The notes: a model not told the origin generated them from the sequence alone. 64,000 bases of DNA from an uncultured Solirubrobacteraceae bacterium (GCA_963787115.1 CAWBBS010000011.1:154123-218122); one strand, 5' to 3'. Positions 1-9,342 are shown, counted from the stretch's first letter. A program made the numbers and translations.

Positions 1-852
1 CTGGTGATGTGGGAGTGGCACGCGCTCGGGCACATCCCGGTAACCGAATCGCACAACCCCCCGCCGAAGTCGCGCTACCCGTGGGACTACGTGCACGTGA
101 ACTCCGTGAGCGTCGGAAGCGCGGGCGACGTGCTGCTGTCCTCCCGCAACACCTGGACGGTGTATGACGTCGACATCCGCACCGGCGCCATCCGCTGGCG
201 CCTGGGGGGTAACCGCTCGAGCTTCAAGCCCGGGCCCGGCGTCAGCTACTACTGGCAGCACGACGTGGCCTGGCAGCCGGGCGGCCTGATCTCGATGTTC
301 GACAACGGCTCGGACCCGCCGAAGGAAAAGCAGTCGCGGGGCCTGTTGCTCGCGCCCGACCCGGCGGCGCACACCGTCAAGCTCGTCAAAGCGCTCGTCA
401 ATCCGAGCAAAATCCTCCTGGCGGAAAGCCAGGGCAGCATGACAGCCCTCCCCGGCGGCAAATGGCTGCTCGGGTACGGCGGGCTCCCGAACTTCACGGA
501 GTTCGACCCCTCCGGCAAGGTCATCTTCGACGCGACGCTCGGGCGCAGCGTGCAGAGCTTCAAGACGTTCCTCTCGCCATGGGAAGGGCACGCTCCCGGT
601 GCTCCGTCGGTGATCGCGACACCCTCCGGAGCAGGCCTTTCGGTCGCGGTCAGCTGGAACGGCGCCACCAACGTGGCGTCCTGGCGCGTCCTGGCGGGGC
701 CGTCTGCCGCCTCGCTCGTGCAGGTCGCGCAGGCCCCGCGGGTGGGCTTCCAGAGCACCATCCCCGTCGCCGGGACCGCTCAATACGTCCTCGTGCAGGC
801 GCTGGACTCCAGCGGCGCTGTCATCGGCGCCTCCGCGCCGGTCAAGGCCTAG
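1..852 (+). CDS. Arylsulfotransferase (ASST)-family protein, 5'-truncated by window edge
   Basis: Motifs WDYVHVNS, WQHD and MFDNG typical of aryl-sulfate sulfotransferase beta-propellers; C-terminal SWNGAT..SWRVLAG Ig-like tail. The frame is open from the window start. Confidence 0.8.
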   Translation: MVMWEWHALGHIPVTESHNPPPKSRYPWDYVHVNSVSVGSAGDVLLSSRNTWTVYDVDIRTGAIRWRLGGNRSSFKPGPGVSYYWQHDVAWQPGGLISMFDNGSDPPKEKQSRGLLLAPDPAAHTVKLVKALVNPSKILLAESQGSMTALPGGKWLLGYGGLPNFTEFDPSGKVIFDATLGRSVQSFKTFLSPWEGHAPGAPSVIATPSGAGLSVAVSWNGATNVASWRVLAGPSAASLVQVAQAPRVGFQSTIPVAGTAQYVLVQALDSSGAVIGASAPVKA

Positions 853-2641
853 GCGCGCCAGTTCCAGCCGGCTTGACCGGCTTCGGCTGGAGTGTCTCCA
901 CGAGGCCGATGTCCCGTTCTGAGCGCGCGCGACGGGAGATGGTCGCCGACTCGGCCGCGCCCCGGGCGGTCGAGAAGTAGTCGGCCAGCCCGCGCTGGTG
1001 GGCTTCGCTGAGCCGGCTCGGCAGCGGCTCGCGCAGCTCGTCGCTCACGGCGCGTTCGAGGGCCTCGCGCATCGGTGCCTCGACCGGGCTGGAGCCGGCG
1101 GTGTTGTGCACCTCCAGCCTTCCGCCCTGGGTGCTGTAGTCATACAGCTCGGCTTCGCGGCCTTCCTCGATCGGCGCGATGCCTTCCGCGGGCCAGTGCG
1201 AGTAGGTCACGTACTTGGCGCCCGGGGTCCGCAGCGCGACCACGTGCAGGGGCGCATCGGCGGCGTAGGTTTCGATCGCGAACTCGGTCACGACCTCATC
1301 GGTCGCGTGAAGCACGTGGCTTCTTCCGGGCGCCTGCGGGTCGTCGAGTATCCGCGCCAGGTCCAGACGGCCGGCGATGTGGGCGTAGTGGGGGTCCGAG
1401 CGCCATGCCGAGGAGCCCGTCCCGATCGTCAGGAGCAGCGGGGCGACGTCGACGCTGGAGCTGAGCTGTGTGCGCGTTATTTCCGGTGAGCGGGTCATCA
1501 CGCCCCGCGGGTCCCTCACGATCAGCGGAACCCTGATTCCCTCCTCGTAGGCGGCCGCGCCCTTCCCGCGCAGCCCGTGAGAGGCGCCGTACTCGCCGTG
1601 GTCGGAGGTGAAGATGATCACGGTGTTGGCGGCCACTTCAGGCTGGCTTTCGAGCGTCTGGATCACCCTCCCGACGTGTCGGTCCACCTCGAGCTGCAGC
1701 TCGTTGTAGAGGTCGAGCAGGCCGAGCCAGCGGGCCTCGTACTCCGGCCCGGAGAACGGGACGGGGCCGAACGACGCGGCCGCCGTGTCCTGCAGCGAGA
1801 ACTGCAGCGCCGGCTTTGACTGATCATGCATCTGCTGGGGCGTCTCGAAGTTCGGCGGCAGCCGGCGCGCCGTCCGCGGAGGATTCCTCTCGGGCCGCAC
1901 ACGGTCGCTCCACGCATACCACCAGGCGACGTCGTGCGGGTTCACGAACGAGACGGTCGTGCACCACGGGCCGCCGGCCCCCTCGGACCTGAACCAGCTG
2001 TCGAACTCGTCCGCGATCCGGCCGTCCTTCCTCCAGCCCTGCCCGGGCGCGCCGTCCGGCGACGGATACACGCCGCCTTCGAATCCGTATCGCTCAAGTG
2101 CCCGTTCCCCGGTCGCCGCCGTCCAGTGGTTGTCGTGGTGGGTCAGATGCCACTTCCCCAGCCAGCGGGTGCTGTAGCCATGCTCGCGGAGCATCGTCCC
2201 CCAGGTCGGGAAGCCCGGGTCAAGGGTGCTCGCGCCCGTGATCATGCAGCCGGTCTGGTGGGTGTGGAGCCCGGTCACGAGAGCCGCGCGGGAGGGGGTG
2301 CAGTCGTTGGAGGCGGTGTAGTGGCCGGCGAAGGAGACGGCGCCGGCCCTGAGGGCCTGGATGTTCGGCGGCAGCTGCGCGGCGGGTGAGGGGTAGAGCC
2401 ACTGCGGATAGCGCATCTGGTCGACCATGATCACCAGGATGTTCGGCTTCTCCCGGCGGTCGCGGGGGATGGAGCGGGCGGTGATCGGGCTGGCCGCCTG
2501 TTCCTGCTTTGCTTCATCGGCCAGGGCCTTGATCGCAAGGCCGCCCGCCAGCAGGCCGCCGGCTGCGATCCCCCCCTTGAGGAAGGTGCGCCGGTCCAGT
2601 GCTCCGCGCCGGTGCTGGTGCTCAGGATCCACGGGCACCAA
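842..2641 (-). CDS. Tat-exported sulfatase-like hydrolase
   Basis: Twin-arginine signal RRTFLKGG; ILVIMVDQMR; formylglycine motif CTPSR; GKWH; FTSDHGE. Confidence 0.9.
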   Translation of the reverse strand: MVPVDPEHQHRRGALDRRTFLKGGIAAGGLLAGGLAIKALADEAKQEQAASPITARSIPRDRREKPNILVIMVDQMRYPQWLYPSPAAQLPPNIQALRAGAVSFAGHYTASNDCTPSRAALVTGLHTHQTGCMITGASTLDPGFPTWGTMLREHGYSTRWLGKWHLTHHDNHWTAATGERALERYGFEGGVYPSPDGAPGQGWRKDGRIADEFDSWFRSEGAGGPWCTTVSFVNPHDVAWWYAWSDRVRPERNPPRTARRLPPNFETPQQMHDQSKPALQFSLQDTAAASFGPVPFSGPEYEARWLGLLDLYNELQLEVDRHVGRVIQTLESQPEVAANTVIIFTSDHGEYGASHGLRGKGAAAYEEGIRVPLIVRDPRGVMTRSPEITRTQLSSSVDVAPLLLTIGTGSSAWRSDPHYAHIAGRLDLARILDDPQAPGRSHVLHATDEVVTEFAIETYAADAPLHVVALRTPGAKYVTYSHWPAEGIAPIEEGREAELYDYSTQGGRLEVHNTAGSSPVEAPMREALERAVSDELREPLPSRLSEAHQRGLADYFSTARGAAESATISRRARSERDIGLVETLQPKPVKPAGTGAPRP

Positions 2642-2723
2642 TCCTAAGGCCGGGATGCGGCGGGATTCCAGCCTCGCCCGGGTTGCCCCGCCGGCCCCGG
2701 CCGCGCTGGAGATCCTCGCCGAA

Positions 2724-2752
2724 TTGACGACAGGTCGAGGGCGAGCTACAAT
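2724..2752 (+). promoter_or_regulatory. Sigma70/SigA-type promoter for a leaderless gene at 2761
   Basis: TTGACG (2724-2729), 17-nt spacer, TACAAT (2747-2752); ATG follows 8 nt later with no Shine-Dalgarno. Confidence 0.7.
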
Positions 2753-2760
2753 TCCCAGTA

Positions 2761-3021
2761 ATGTCGATGGAAATACTTAACAATTATCTATCGGCCGGTC
2801 ATGCCGAGCGGCTCGAGCTCGCCGGTGGGCATCCGCTCACCGACCAGCAGGTCCAGTGCCTGAACGCGCTTCCCGAGGGCCATACGGTCATCGGACCCCG
2901 CGGCGACAGGCTGATCGTGCGCTGCCCCGACGGGCAGCTGGCGCGAGTGCGGCCGAGCGGACGGCTGGTGGCAGAGGCGCTCGTCGAGAGCGTGCAGTCC
3001 TACCTTCACGTCTGCGGCTAG
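2761..3021 (+). CDS. Hypothetical protein (86 aa)
   Basis: ORF lies directly behind a near-consensus promoter and fills the gap between two minus-strand genes. Confidence 0.6.
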   Translation: MSMEILNNYLSAGHAERLELAGGHPLTDQQVQCLNALPEGHTVIGPRGDRLIVRCPDGQLARVRPSGRLVAEALVESVQSYLHVCG

Positions 3022-3045
3022 CAGGCGCATCCGCGCGGCGGTGCC

Positions 3046-3753
3046 TCAGGGAGCTCCGGTGCCCTGCGGCGATCCGGGGAAGGCGGGGCCGGGTCCCGCG
3101 AAGCCGTGGCCGGCCTGCAGTCGTCCCTGCCACACCGCTTTCGCTCCGAGGTCTCCCGTCCTGAAGACCATCGCGGCGGAGCCGATCGAGAGCACCACCA
3201 GCGCGACGCGAAGCGCGGCGAACACCGGCGCGGGGGAGAGCAGACGATCCACGATTCCAAAGCCGGTCGGCATGCCGCCCGAGATGCGCTGGGATGCGAA
3301 CGTCACGATCACGGTCGCGGTGAACAGCACGTAGAGGATCGCGAGAATGTGGGCGGCCTGCGAATGCTGGTCGATCAGGTTTGCAGCCGGGCCCTGGAGA
3401 TTCAGCGCCCCGCGCAGCGCGGCGCCGGACTGCAGGGTGAGGAACAGCGAGCTCATGGCGATGATCGACACCACGGACAGGGCTATCGCGTAACGCGAGA
3501 ACCAATCCGCCCTGGCCATGAACACGATCGCCGCGATCACGGTGCACGGCACGAGGATCACGGGCACGTGCACGAACAGGGGGTGCGCCGGCAGCCCGCC
3601 GTAGACGGTCGTGAGGCGGATCGGCAGCGCGAGGAATCCGAGGAACGCCAGTCCGGTCAGGATGAACTCGGCGCGGCCCCAGTCGACCCCGGGCCGGCCT
3701 TCGGCTCCAATGCTCTCGGTGCTCATGCGCCGCCGACGGTAAGCGGCGCTCAT
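3046..3753 (-). CDS. Membrane protein, DUF2231-like
   Basis: HPLFVHVP motif, several TM helices, conserved His in DQHSQAAH and a C-terminal GDLGAKAVW segment. Confidence 0.7.
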   Translation of the reverse strand: MSAAYRRRRMSTESIGAEGRPGVDWGRAEFILTGLAFLGFLALPIRLTTVYGGLPAHPLFVHVPVILVPCTVIAAIVFMARADWFSRYAIALSVVSIIAMSSLFLTLQSGAALRGALNLQGPAANLIDQHSQAAHILAILYVLFTATVIVTFASQRISGGMPTGFGIVDRLLSPAPVFAALRVALVVLSIGSAAMVFRTGDLGAKAVWQGRLQAGHGFAGPGPAFPGSPQGTGAP

Positions 3754-3910
3754 AAGCCATCCCTAAACCCCAGCGTGAGGGTTTTCTCATGGTTCCCCGG
3801 CCCGTCCCGCCGGACTGCGCGCCGCCGCCGCCGGGACCTCGCTCTCCGGCCCGCCGCTCAGGGTAGGGTGTCGGCGGTACAGCACAGAGCGTCGAGTTAG
3901 GAGTCCTGCT

Positions 3911-4309
3911 GTGGACAAGGTCGAGCTGGAACGATTTGAACAGGAGCCGGTCGTGCTGCTCGACCCGGGCGTCTACACGCTGCGGATCGAGGTGGTCGAC
4001 GTCGCGGAGAACGGTCTTTCGATCTGGCCGCTATGCGTCGTGGTCGGCGGTGAGGACGACGGCAAGAAGGTGTGCCCCGAGGCCTATGACTTCAGTGAGG
4101 GCGGTGAGAATCGCGACGCGATCCTCAACCTCTACGGGTGGGGCGTCACCGAGGCGGAACTGACCGAGACGGGGCTGGATCTCAAGTCGATAGGAGGCCT
4201 GCTCGTCGGCCGCGTCGGCAGGGTGGAGTTGAGCCAGCGCGAAAACGAGGACTCGGTCATCGTCAACACCCACACGCCCGGCGCGATAGAGCCGCTCGCG
4301 CAGGCGTGA
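3911..4309 (+). CDS. Hypothetical acidic protein, possibly DUF669/OB-fold-like
   Basis: GGAG RBS upstream of GTG; acidic, beta-rich sequence. Family assignment is by recalled resemblance only. Confidence 0.55.
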   Translation: MDKVELERFEQEPVVLLDPGVYTLRIEVVDVAENGLSIWPLCVVVGGEDDGKKVCPEAYDFSEGGENRDAILNLYGWGVTEAELTETGLDLKSIGGLLVGRVGRVELSQRENEDSVIVNTHTPGAIEPLAQA

Positions 4310-4315
4310 GCCCGC

Positions 4316-4338
4316 CGCCGGGGCGCTGAGCCCCGGCG
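4316..4338. terminator. GC-rich hairpin between convergent genes
   Basis: Perfect 9-bp inverted repeat CGCCGGGGC-gctga-GCCCCGGCG between the stops at 4309 and 4348. Confidence 0.5.
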
Positions 4339-4347
4339 CGCAGCTCG

Positions 4348-4776
4348 CTACCGGCGGTCCGCGGGGGTGAGGATGATCACGGGGATGACGCGTCCGCCGG
4401 CTGACTTCTCATAGTCCGCGAACTGAGGAACCTGCTCGGCCTGAGCGTTGTAGAGGCGGTCTCGCTCCTCGCCGCTCGCCTCGCTTGCGACGACGTCGAT
4501 CGTGTCCGTGCCGACCTCGATCGTGACGTTCGGGTGCGCCTTGAGGTTGTGGTACCAGTCGGGGTTGCTCGGGGCGCCCGCCTTGGAGGCGAAGATGACA
4601 TACCGGTCGCCGTCGGCGCGGTAGGCCAGCGGGTTGATGCGGGCCGCTCCGGACTTCGCGCCGGTGTGGTGAAGCAGCAGAAGCGGCATTCCCTCGAACG
4701 GGCCGCCGACGCGTCCTTCGTTGGCGTGGAACTCGTCGATGACTTTGGCGTTGAAATCTGCGTGGGACGTGGACAT
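4348..4776 (-). CDS. F420-dependent nitroreductase-family (Ddn-like) oxidoreductase
   Basis: FNAKVIDEFHANEG, LLLHHTGAKSG, ASKAGAPSNPDWYHNLKAHP, RVIPVIIL; GAGGAG RBS before ATG at 4776. Confidence 0.92.
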   Translation of the reverse strand: MSTSHADFNAKVIDEFHANEGRVGGPFEGMPLLLLHHTGAKSGAARINPLAYRADGDRYVIFASKAGAPSNPDWYHNLKAHPNVTIEVGTDTIDVVASEASGEERDRLYNAQAEQVPQFADYEKSAGGRVIPVIILTPADRR

Positions 4777-4906
4777 CGGTCTCCTCAGGCGTGTCGATGA
4801 ACCTTCTCTGAACGAGGTCACTGTAGTCGCGCCGGCGGGGCGTGCGGGCGCCGGGAAACCTCTGCGGGCTCCTGCGGGGGCACGCCGATGTTGCCGAGCG
4901 AGCGGC

Positions 4907-5533
4907 ATGACTGACCGCTGGGGCACGAGTCGTCTGGAGGCCTTCAGCGACGGGGTCTTCGCGATAGCCATCACGCTGCTCATCCTCGAGATCAACGTCC
5001 CGTCGAGCGAGTTCGACAACCTCTGGAAGGGCATCGCCGAACAGTGGCCCTCCTACCTCGCCTACGCCACCAGCTTCCTGACGATCGGCGGCCTGTGGAT
5101 GGCGCACCACGGAATCTTTCGGCGCCTGCGCAGCGTGGACGGCTGGGTGATGCGCCTGAACATCCTGCTGCTGATGCTCGTCTCCTTCCTCCCGTTCCCG
5201 ACCAAGCTCGTCGCTGAGGCGCTGACCAGCACGACCTCGGCCGAGCGTGCAGCCGTGATCTTCTACGGCGTCGCCCTCCTGTCGATCTCGGTGGTCATGA
5301 GCGTGCTCTGGCGCTACGTGGCGGCGCACCGCGATCTGCTCGAGCCGGACGTCACCGACGAGACGATCGATCTCATCATCTCGCTGACGACGCCCAACAT
5401 GGCGTTCTACGCAGGGGTGGTGGTCCTCGCGTTCGTCGCCCCCGAGGTGGCCGCGTTCGGCTACCTCGTGATCGCCGTGGCCGCGGTGTTCCGTCAGCAC
5501 GGGGACCGGAACGCGGCGCAGGAAACCGGGTGA
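4907..5533 (+). CDS. TMEM175-family (DUF1211) membrane protein
   Basis: RLEAFSDGVFAIAITLL and W..HH..F motifs. Confidence 0.9.
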   Translation: MTDRWGTSRLEAFSDGVFAIAITLLILEINVPSSEFDNLWKGIAEQWPSYLAYATSFLTIGGLWMAHHGIFRRLRSVDGWVMRLNILLLMLVSFLPFPTKLVAEALTSTTSAERAAVIFYGVALLSISVVMSVLWRYVAAHRDLLEPDVTDETIDLIISLTTPNMAFYAGVVVLAFVAPEVAAFGYLVIAVAAVFRQHGDRNAAQETG

Positions 5534-5660
5534 GGGATGGCCCGCAGCAGGGGCGGCCTCCTATCGGTACTGGATGCGCATTTACCGGCGTTCCCGCACG
5601 TGTTACGTTCGCGCTCCAAGGCTCGGTTCCGAGCCGGGCCGTGAGGAATAGGGGTCCGGA

Positions 5661-6023
5661 ATGTCCGACCGCATGCTGTTCATCGGCTGGGGCGACACCG
5701 TGCGTGGTCGCGAGGAGCGCTCGCTGGAGGTGTTCAATGAGGCGATTGGCCTCTACGGGCGCATGCAGCAGGAGGGCCGCATCGAGAGCTTCGACGTGGT
5801 CCTTCTCGGCCCCAACGGCGGCCTTGGCGGCTACATCGAGCTGCACGGCTCCGCCGAGCAGCTCTCGACGGCCCAGGAGAGCGACGACTTCCGTCGCGCG
5901 CTCGTGGACGCGAGCCTCATCGTCGACGGCCTGCGCATCATCGACGGGGTGACGAATGAGGGCATCGCTCGCGACATGGCTCTCTACCAGGAGGCCATCT
6001 CGCAGGTCGCGCAGACGACCTAG
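5661..6023 (+). CDS. Conserved hypothetical protein
   Basis: Clean ORF with host-like codon usage (MSDRMLFIGWGDTVRGREERSLEVF). Confidence 0.75.
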   Translation: MSDRMLFIGWGDTVRGREERSLEVFNEAIGLYGRMQQEGRIESFDVVLLGPNGGLGGYIELHGSAEQLSTAQESDDFRRALVDASLIVDGLRIIDGVTNEGIARDMALYQEAISQVAQTT

Positions 6024-6038
6024 CATCGCCGGACCCGC

Positions 6039-6359
6039 ATGGCGCCTCGCGCAGCGGGGCGGGGCGCCGGGCGGCACCGGAAGATCATGCCGGGGCGCAT
6101 GCGAGCCGATAACCATCGTATGGACCCCGACGCGCGTGCAACGGCCGTGGCGGCTCTGATCGAGTCCGTCTCCGTCCGTGCCGACCCCGAGACGGATCGG
6201 CTCCTCGCGCAGATGCTCGGGCGTTCCTGGCCGGCAGGCATCGGTGACAGCAGCGAGACGGCCGCACTGGAGTGGGTGCGCAGGTGGGGCCCCAGGAGCG
6301 CTGGCCTGATGCCGCCGCTCTGCGCCTGTGCGCACGGCCACTGCACACTCTGCAACTGA
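6039..6359 (+). CDS. Small hypothetical protein with C-terminal Cys/His cluster (true start probably ATG 6119)
   Basis: Ends in CACAHGHCTLCN, a possible metal-binding motif; start codon uncertain. Confidence 0.6.
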   Translation: MAPRAAGRGAGRHRKIMPGRMRADNHRMDPDARATAVAALIESVSVRADPETDRLLAQMLGRSWPAGIGDSSETAALEWVRRWGPRSAGLMPPLCACAHGHCTLCN

Positions 6360-6530
6360 CCGCCGCTGAGCGATCGCGGCGCCTGGCGCCCGCGTGCCGC
6401 GCGGCACACGACGTTCGTCCGGTCGGTCAGCCCGCCTGCTCGACACGTTCTAGCCTTGATGAGGCCCCATCTCACCCGCGCACGCGGCTACGCGTCCGCA
6501 GGCGCCGCGCACTCTCGCCGAGGGTTACTA

Positions 6531-6589
6531 CGGGAGCGAGGAGGGGACTCGAACACCCGCTCCCGGGGGTGCCCACCTAGCCGTTTTCA
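6531..6589 (-). pseudogene. Degenerate 3' half of tRNA-Ser(TGA), att-like remnant
   Basis: 6545-6589 aligns without gaps to 10377-10421 of the intact tRNA-Ser at 35/45 nt, in the same orientation. It covers anticodon loop, variable arm and T-arm; no D-arm or 5' acceptor strand is recognisable. Confidence 0.7.
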
Positions 6590-6825
6590 GCGCTGTGCCG
6601 CGCGTCGGGCACAGCGGGGGATCAGGTGTCTAGTTCTGCGGGTCGTCGCTCGCCCACGCCCCCCGGATCGCCGAACCAAAGCTTGAGGCACGGGGCTTCC
6701 AACCCGCCCCTCGCAGCGAACGGAACTCGGCCATCCGGGCCGGTTCACACCGATCGAGTCACGGGCCGGCCAGCCGCGCCCACGCCCGTCTGGATCGCCG
6801 CTGCCAAGAACTGGAGGACGCCAGT

Positions 6826-9342
6826 ATGGCCGCCACCGACTCAGCTCGACGCCTCACAAACGACGAGTCGGGCGTGCCTGCACATGGGCCCCGGCCCCGG
6901 CTCGCCGCCTTTCTGCTGGCCGCGCTCGCTGCAACATTCGCGTGCGCAGGGTCCGCCGCTGCGCAGGTGTCCCCTCGAATCGCGGCACCTCCGCTTGTGA
7001 AGATCGGCTCGGGCGGCGCTCCCGCACCGGCTCCTGAAGTCCAGGCCGCCGTCTCCTCCGGCGGTGCCGCTCTGACGTGGGGTGAAAACTATTACGGCGG
7101 CCTCGGCCAGTTCTACAGGGACACCCGGGAAGAATGGCCGCTCACCGTCGAAGGCCTCAGCAACGTCACCGCCGTCGCCGACGGCGGAAGCGTCACGCTC
7201 GCGGAGCTCGCCAACGGCGAAGTTGACTCGTGGGGCGCAAACCTCCACGGACAGCTCGGCAACAACGGCTTCAAAGCAAACTGGGAACTCGGCCTGAGTC
7301 ACGTGAACGTCCACATAGCCGGTGCCACGGCGGTCGCCGCCGCCAACGAGCACGCGCTGGCCATCGTCGGGAGCGGCCCCGGTTCGACCGTGGACGCGTG
7401 GGGCTCCAACGCATATGGAACGCTCGGCAACGGCAGAGCAGGATTCGCGGTCGCGCACACTCCGACCCCCGTGCCCGGTCTGACCGGAGTCAAGGCGATC
7501 GCCGCCGGGGGCGGCAGCGACTACGCGCTGATGATCAACGGCACGGTGCAGGCCTGGGGCGATAACCAGAGCGGACAGCTGAGCGCCGAACGCTGGCCCG
7601 TCGAATGCAACCGTGCGGGCAGGTGCAAGAGGGTCGAATACCTGTGCGGGACCGAAGTCGGCGCGGAACTCTGCAGCAAGGTGCCGCGGTATGTGGTGAC
7701 GGCGACCGGCAAGAAGCTCGAACACGTCAGGCGCATCGTCGCGGGAGCGGGCTCCGCCTACGCGCTCCTCGAAAACGGCGAGGTCATGTCCTGGGGGCAG
7801 GATCGCGCGGGACAGCTCGGTCAGAGTCCCGGCGTCGAACCGGGGGCGGGGAGCAACTTCCACGGCCCCGGCCTCGTGATGATGAGCGCAGCCAAGGGCG
7901 CTGAAGTCATGCGGGGAGTGACAGAACTCTCGGCCGGCCCGAACCACGTGCTCGCGCGGCTCGAAGACGGCGAAGTGCTCGGATGGGGCGACAACGCCAA
8001 AGGCGAGCTCGGCACCGCGGCCCACCCGGAAACCTGCCTGAAGGGCGCAGAAACCCCGTGCTTCAAGAACGCGCGCCCGGTCCAGGGCCTGGCGAAGGCG
8101 ATCGCCGAATCCAAGCACCACGCCGCCGAAGCGCTGGCGGCCGGCGGCCAGTACAGCCTCGCTCTGATCGAACACCGCGTCTACGCCTGGGGCAAAAACG
8201 GAGACGGCGAGCTCGGCGACGGCTCATGGCAGGGCCCCGAAAGCTGCAACACCGCCAGCGAACGCGCGAAGAACGCCGCCAAGGCAGCTCAGAAGGAAGC
8301 CGAAGCAGGGGAAGCGCAGCAGCGCGAACGCCAGCGGGAAGCCCGCGGCGAACAGGTCCTGAAGACCCCCCAGCAGATCGAAAACCAGCTCGCCGCCCAG
8401 CTTCTCGTGCTCCAGAAGGAACTTGAAAAAGCTGGAGCGTGCAGCCGTGTCCCGACCCTCATCCACATGCGCGGCGCCGAAACGGCGCCCGGCGAAAGCG
8501 CACCCGGAGCGCCACTGGAACACGTGAACACGATCGCCGCCGCCCCCACGCACGCGCTGGCGCTCCTCGAAGCGGGGGTTGCCCCGCCGGCGCCGGCGAT
8601 AGCGGTGCAGCAGGGCATGCTCGGTGCCCGCTCGGGCGAACCGGCGAAGCCCACGCTGACCTTCTCATGGGCACGGGATGTCGAACGGATGCTCTTCAGG
8701 ACGTTCGAACGCCCCGGGCTCGAAGAAGCGGAAGAAGAAGCCGGCGAAGGCGAAGGCGGTCGCTGTCTCGCAGCCGAAGAATGCGTCGAAGTGAAAGAAG
8801 GCGACGAAGGCGGATCAGGGCCACCGGTGAGCGTCGCTCTCCCGAGGGTCAAGCACCAGGGTCTTGAAGAAGGCGAACTCGTCAGCGAATTCCGCGAAGG
8901 GCAGATCCTGTTCGCCGCGGAGGGAAAATGGAGCGGCGCAGAACCACTCGACTTCTCCTACCAGTGGCAGCGCTGCTCGCTGCAGGGCGTGTGCGCGAAC
9001 GTGGGCCAGCCGACCACCAACGACACGTACGTGGTGGGCCCCGCAGACACGGGCTCCACGCTGCGGGTGAGCGTCACAGCCGCCAACGGCCTCGAACCCG
9101 CCCTGTCCGCGACCTCGGCGCCGACGCCGCTCGTCAAATCCAAGGAAGAAGGCCGGGTGTCCAAAGGCGACAGCATCAAATTCAAGGACCCCGCGCCCGG
9201 AGGCCTGATGGTCGATGAGATCGAAGAAGGCGGAGGCGCCCCCGTGTCGCTGCAGGAAGGGGTCGCATACGAATTCAAACTGTCGGTCGGCGAAAAACGC
9301 CTCACCACCGTCGTGACGCCAACGCAGGGACCGGCCCACTAG
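6826..9342 (+). CDS. Secreted RCC1/BLIP-II-like repeat protein with C-terminal Ig-like module
   Basis: Signal-like LAAFLLAALAATFACAGSAAA; repeated xWGxNxxGQLG units; C-terminal GKWSGAEPLDFSYQWQRC module. Confidence 0.85.
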   Translation: MAATDSARRLTNDESGVPAHGPRPRLAAFLLAALAATFACAGSAAAQVSPRIAAPPLVKIGSGGAPAPAPEVQAAVSSGGAALTWGENYYGGLGQFYRDTREEWPLTVEGLSNVTAVADGGSVTLAELANGEVDSWGANLHGQLGNNGFKANWELGLSHVNVHIAGATAVAAANEHALAIVGSGPGSTVDAWGSNAYGTLGNGRAGFAVAHTPTPVPGLTGVKAIAAGGGSDYALMINGTVQAWGDNQSGQLSAERWPVECNRAGRCKRVEYLCGTEVGAELCSKVPRYVVTATGKKLEHVRRIVAGAGSAYALLENGEVMSWGQDRAGQLGQSPGVEPGAGSNFHGPGLVMMSAAKGAEVMRGVTELSAGPNHVLARLEDGEVLGWGDNAKGELGTAAHPETCLKGAETPCFKNARPVQGLAKAIAESKHHAAEALAAGGQYSLALIEHRVYAWGKNGDGELGDGSWQGPESCNTASERAKNAAKAAQKEAEAGEAQQRERQREARGEQVLKTPQQIENQLAAQLLVLQKELEKAGACSRVPTLIHMRGAETAPGESAPGAPLEHVNTIAAAPTHALALLEAGVAPPAPAIAVQQGMLGARSGEPAKPTLTFSWARDVERMLFRTFERPGLEEAEEEAGEGEGGRCLAAEECVEVKEGDEGGSGPPVSVALPRVKHQGLEEGELVSEFREGQILFAAEGKWSGAEPLDFSYQWQRCSLQGVCANVGQPTTNDTYVVGPADTGSTLRVSVTAANGLEPALSATSAPTPLVKSKEEGRVSKGDSIKFKDPAPGGLMVDEIEEGGGAPVSLQEGVAYEFKLSVGEKRLTTVVTPTQGPAH

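Noticed and set aside
5534-5660. Riboswitch or ncRNA in the intergenic region upstream of 5661
   Set aside because: Only a short hairpin (GGCTCGG-TT-CCGAGCC) is present; no recognisable riboswitch consensus.
6531-6600. Novel functional tRNA (e.g. tRNA-Sec, or a GAA-anticodon tRNA with a long variable arm)
   Set aside because: No D-arm or complementary 5' acceptor strand, mismatched T-stem and anticodon stem; better explained as a decayed copy of tRNA-Ser(TGA).
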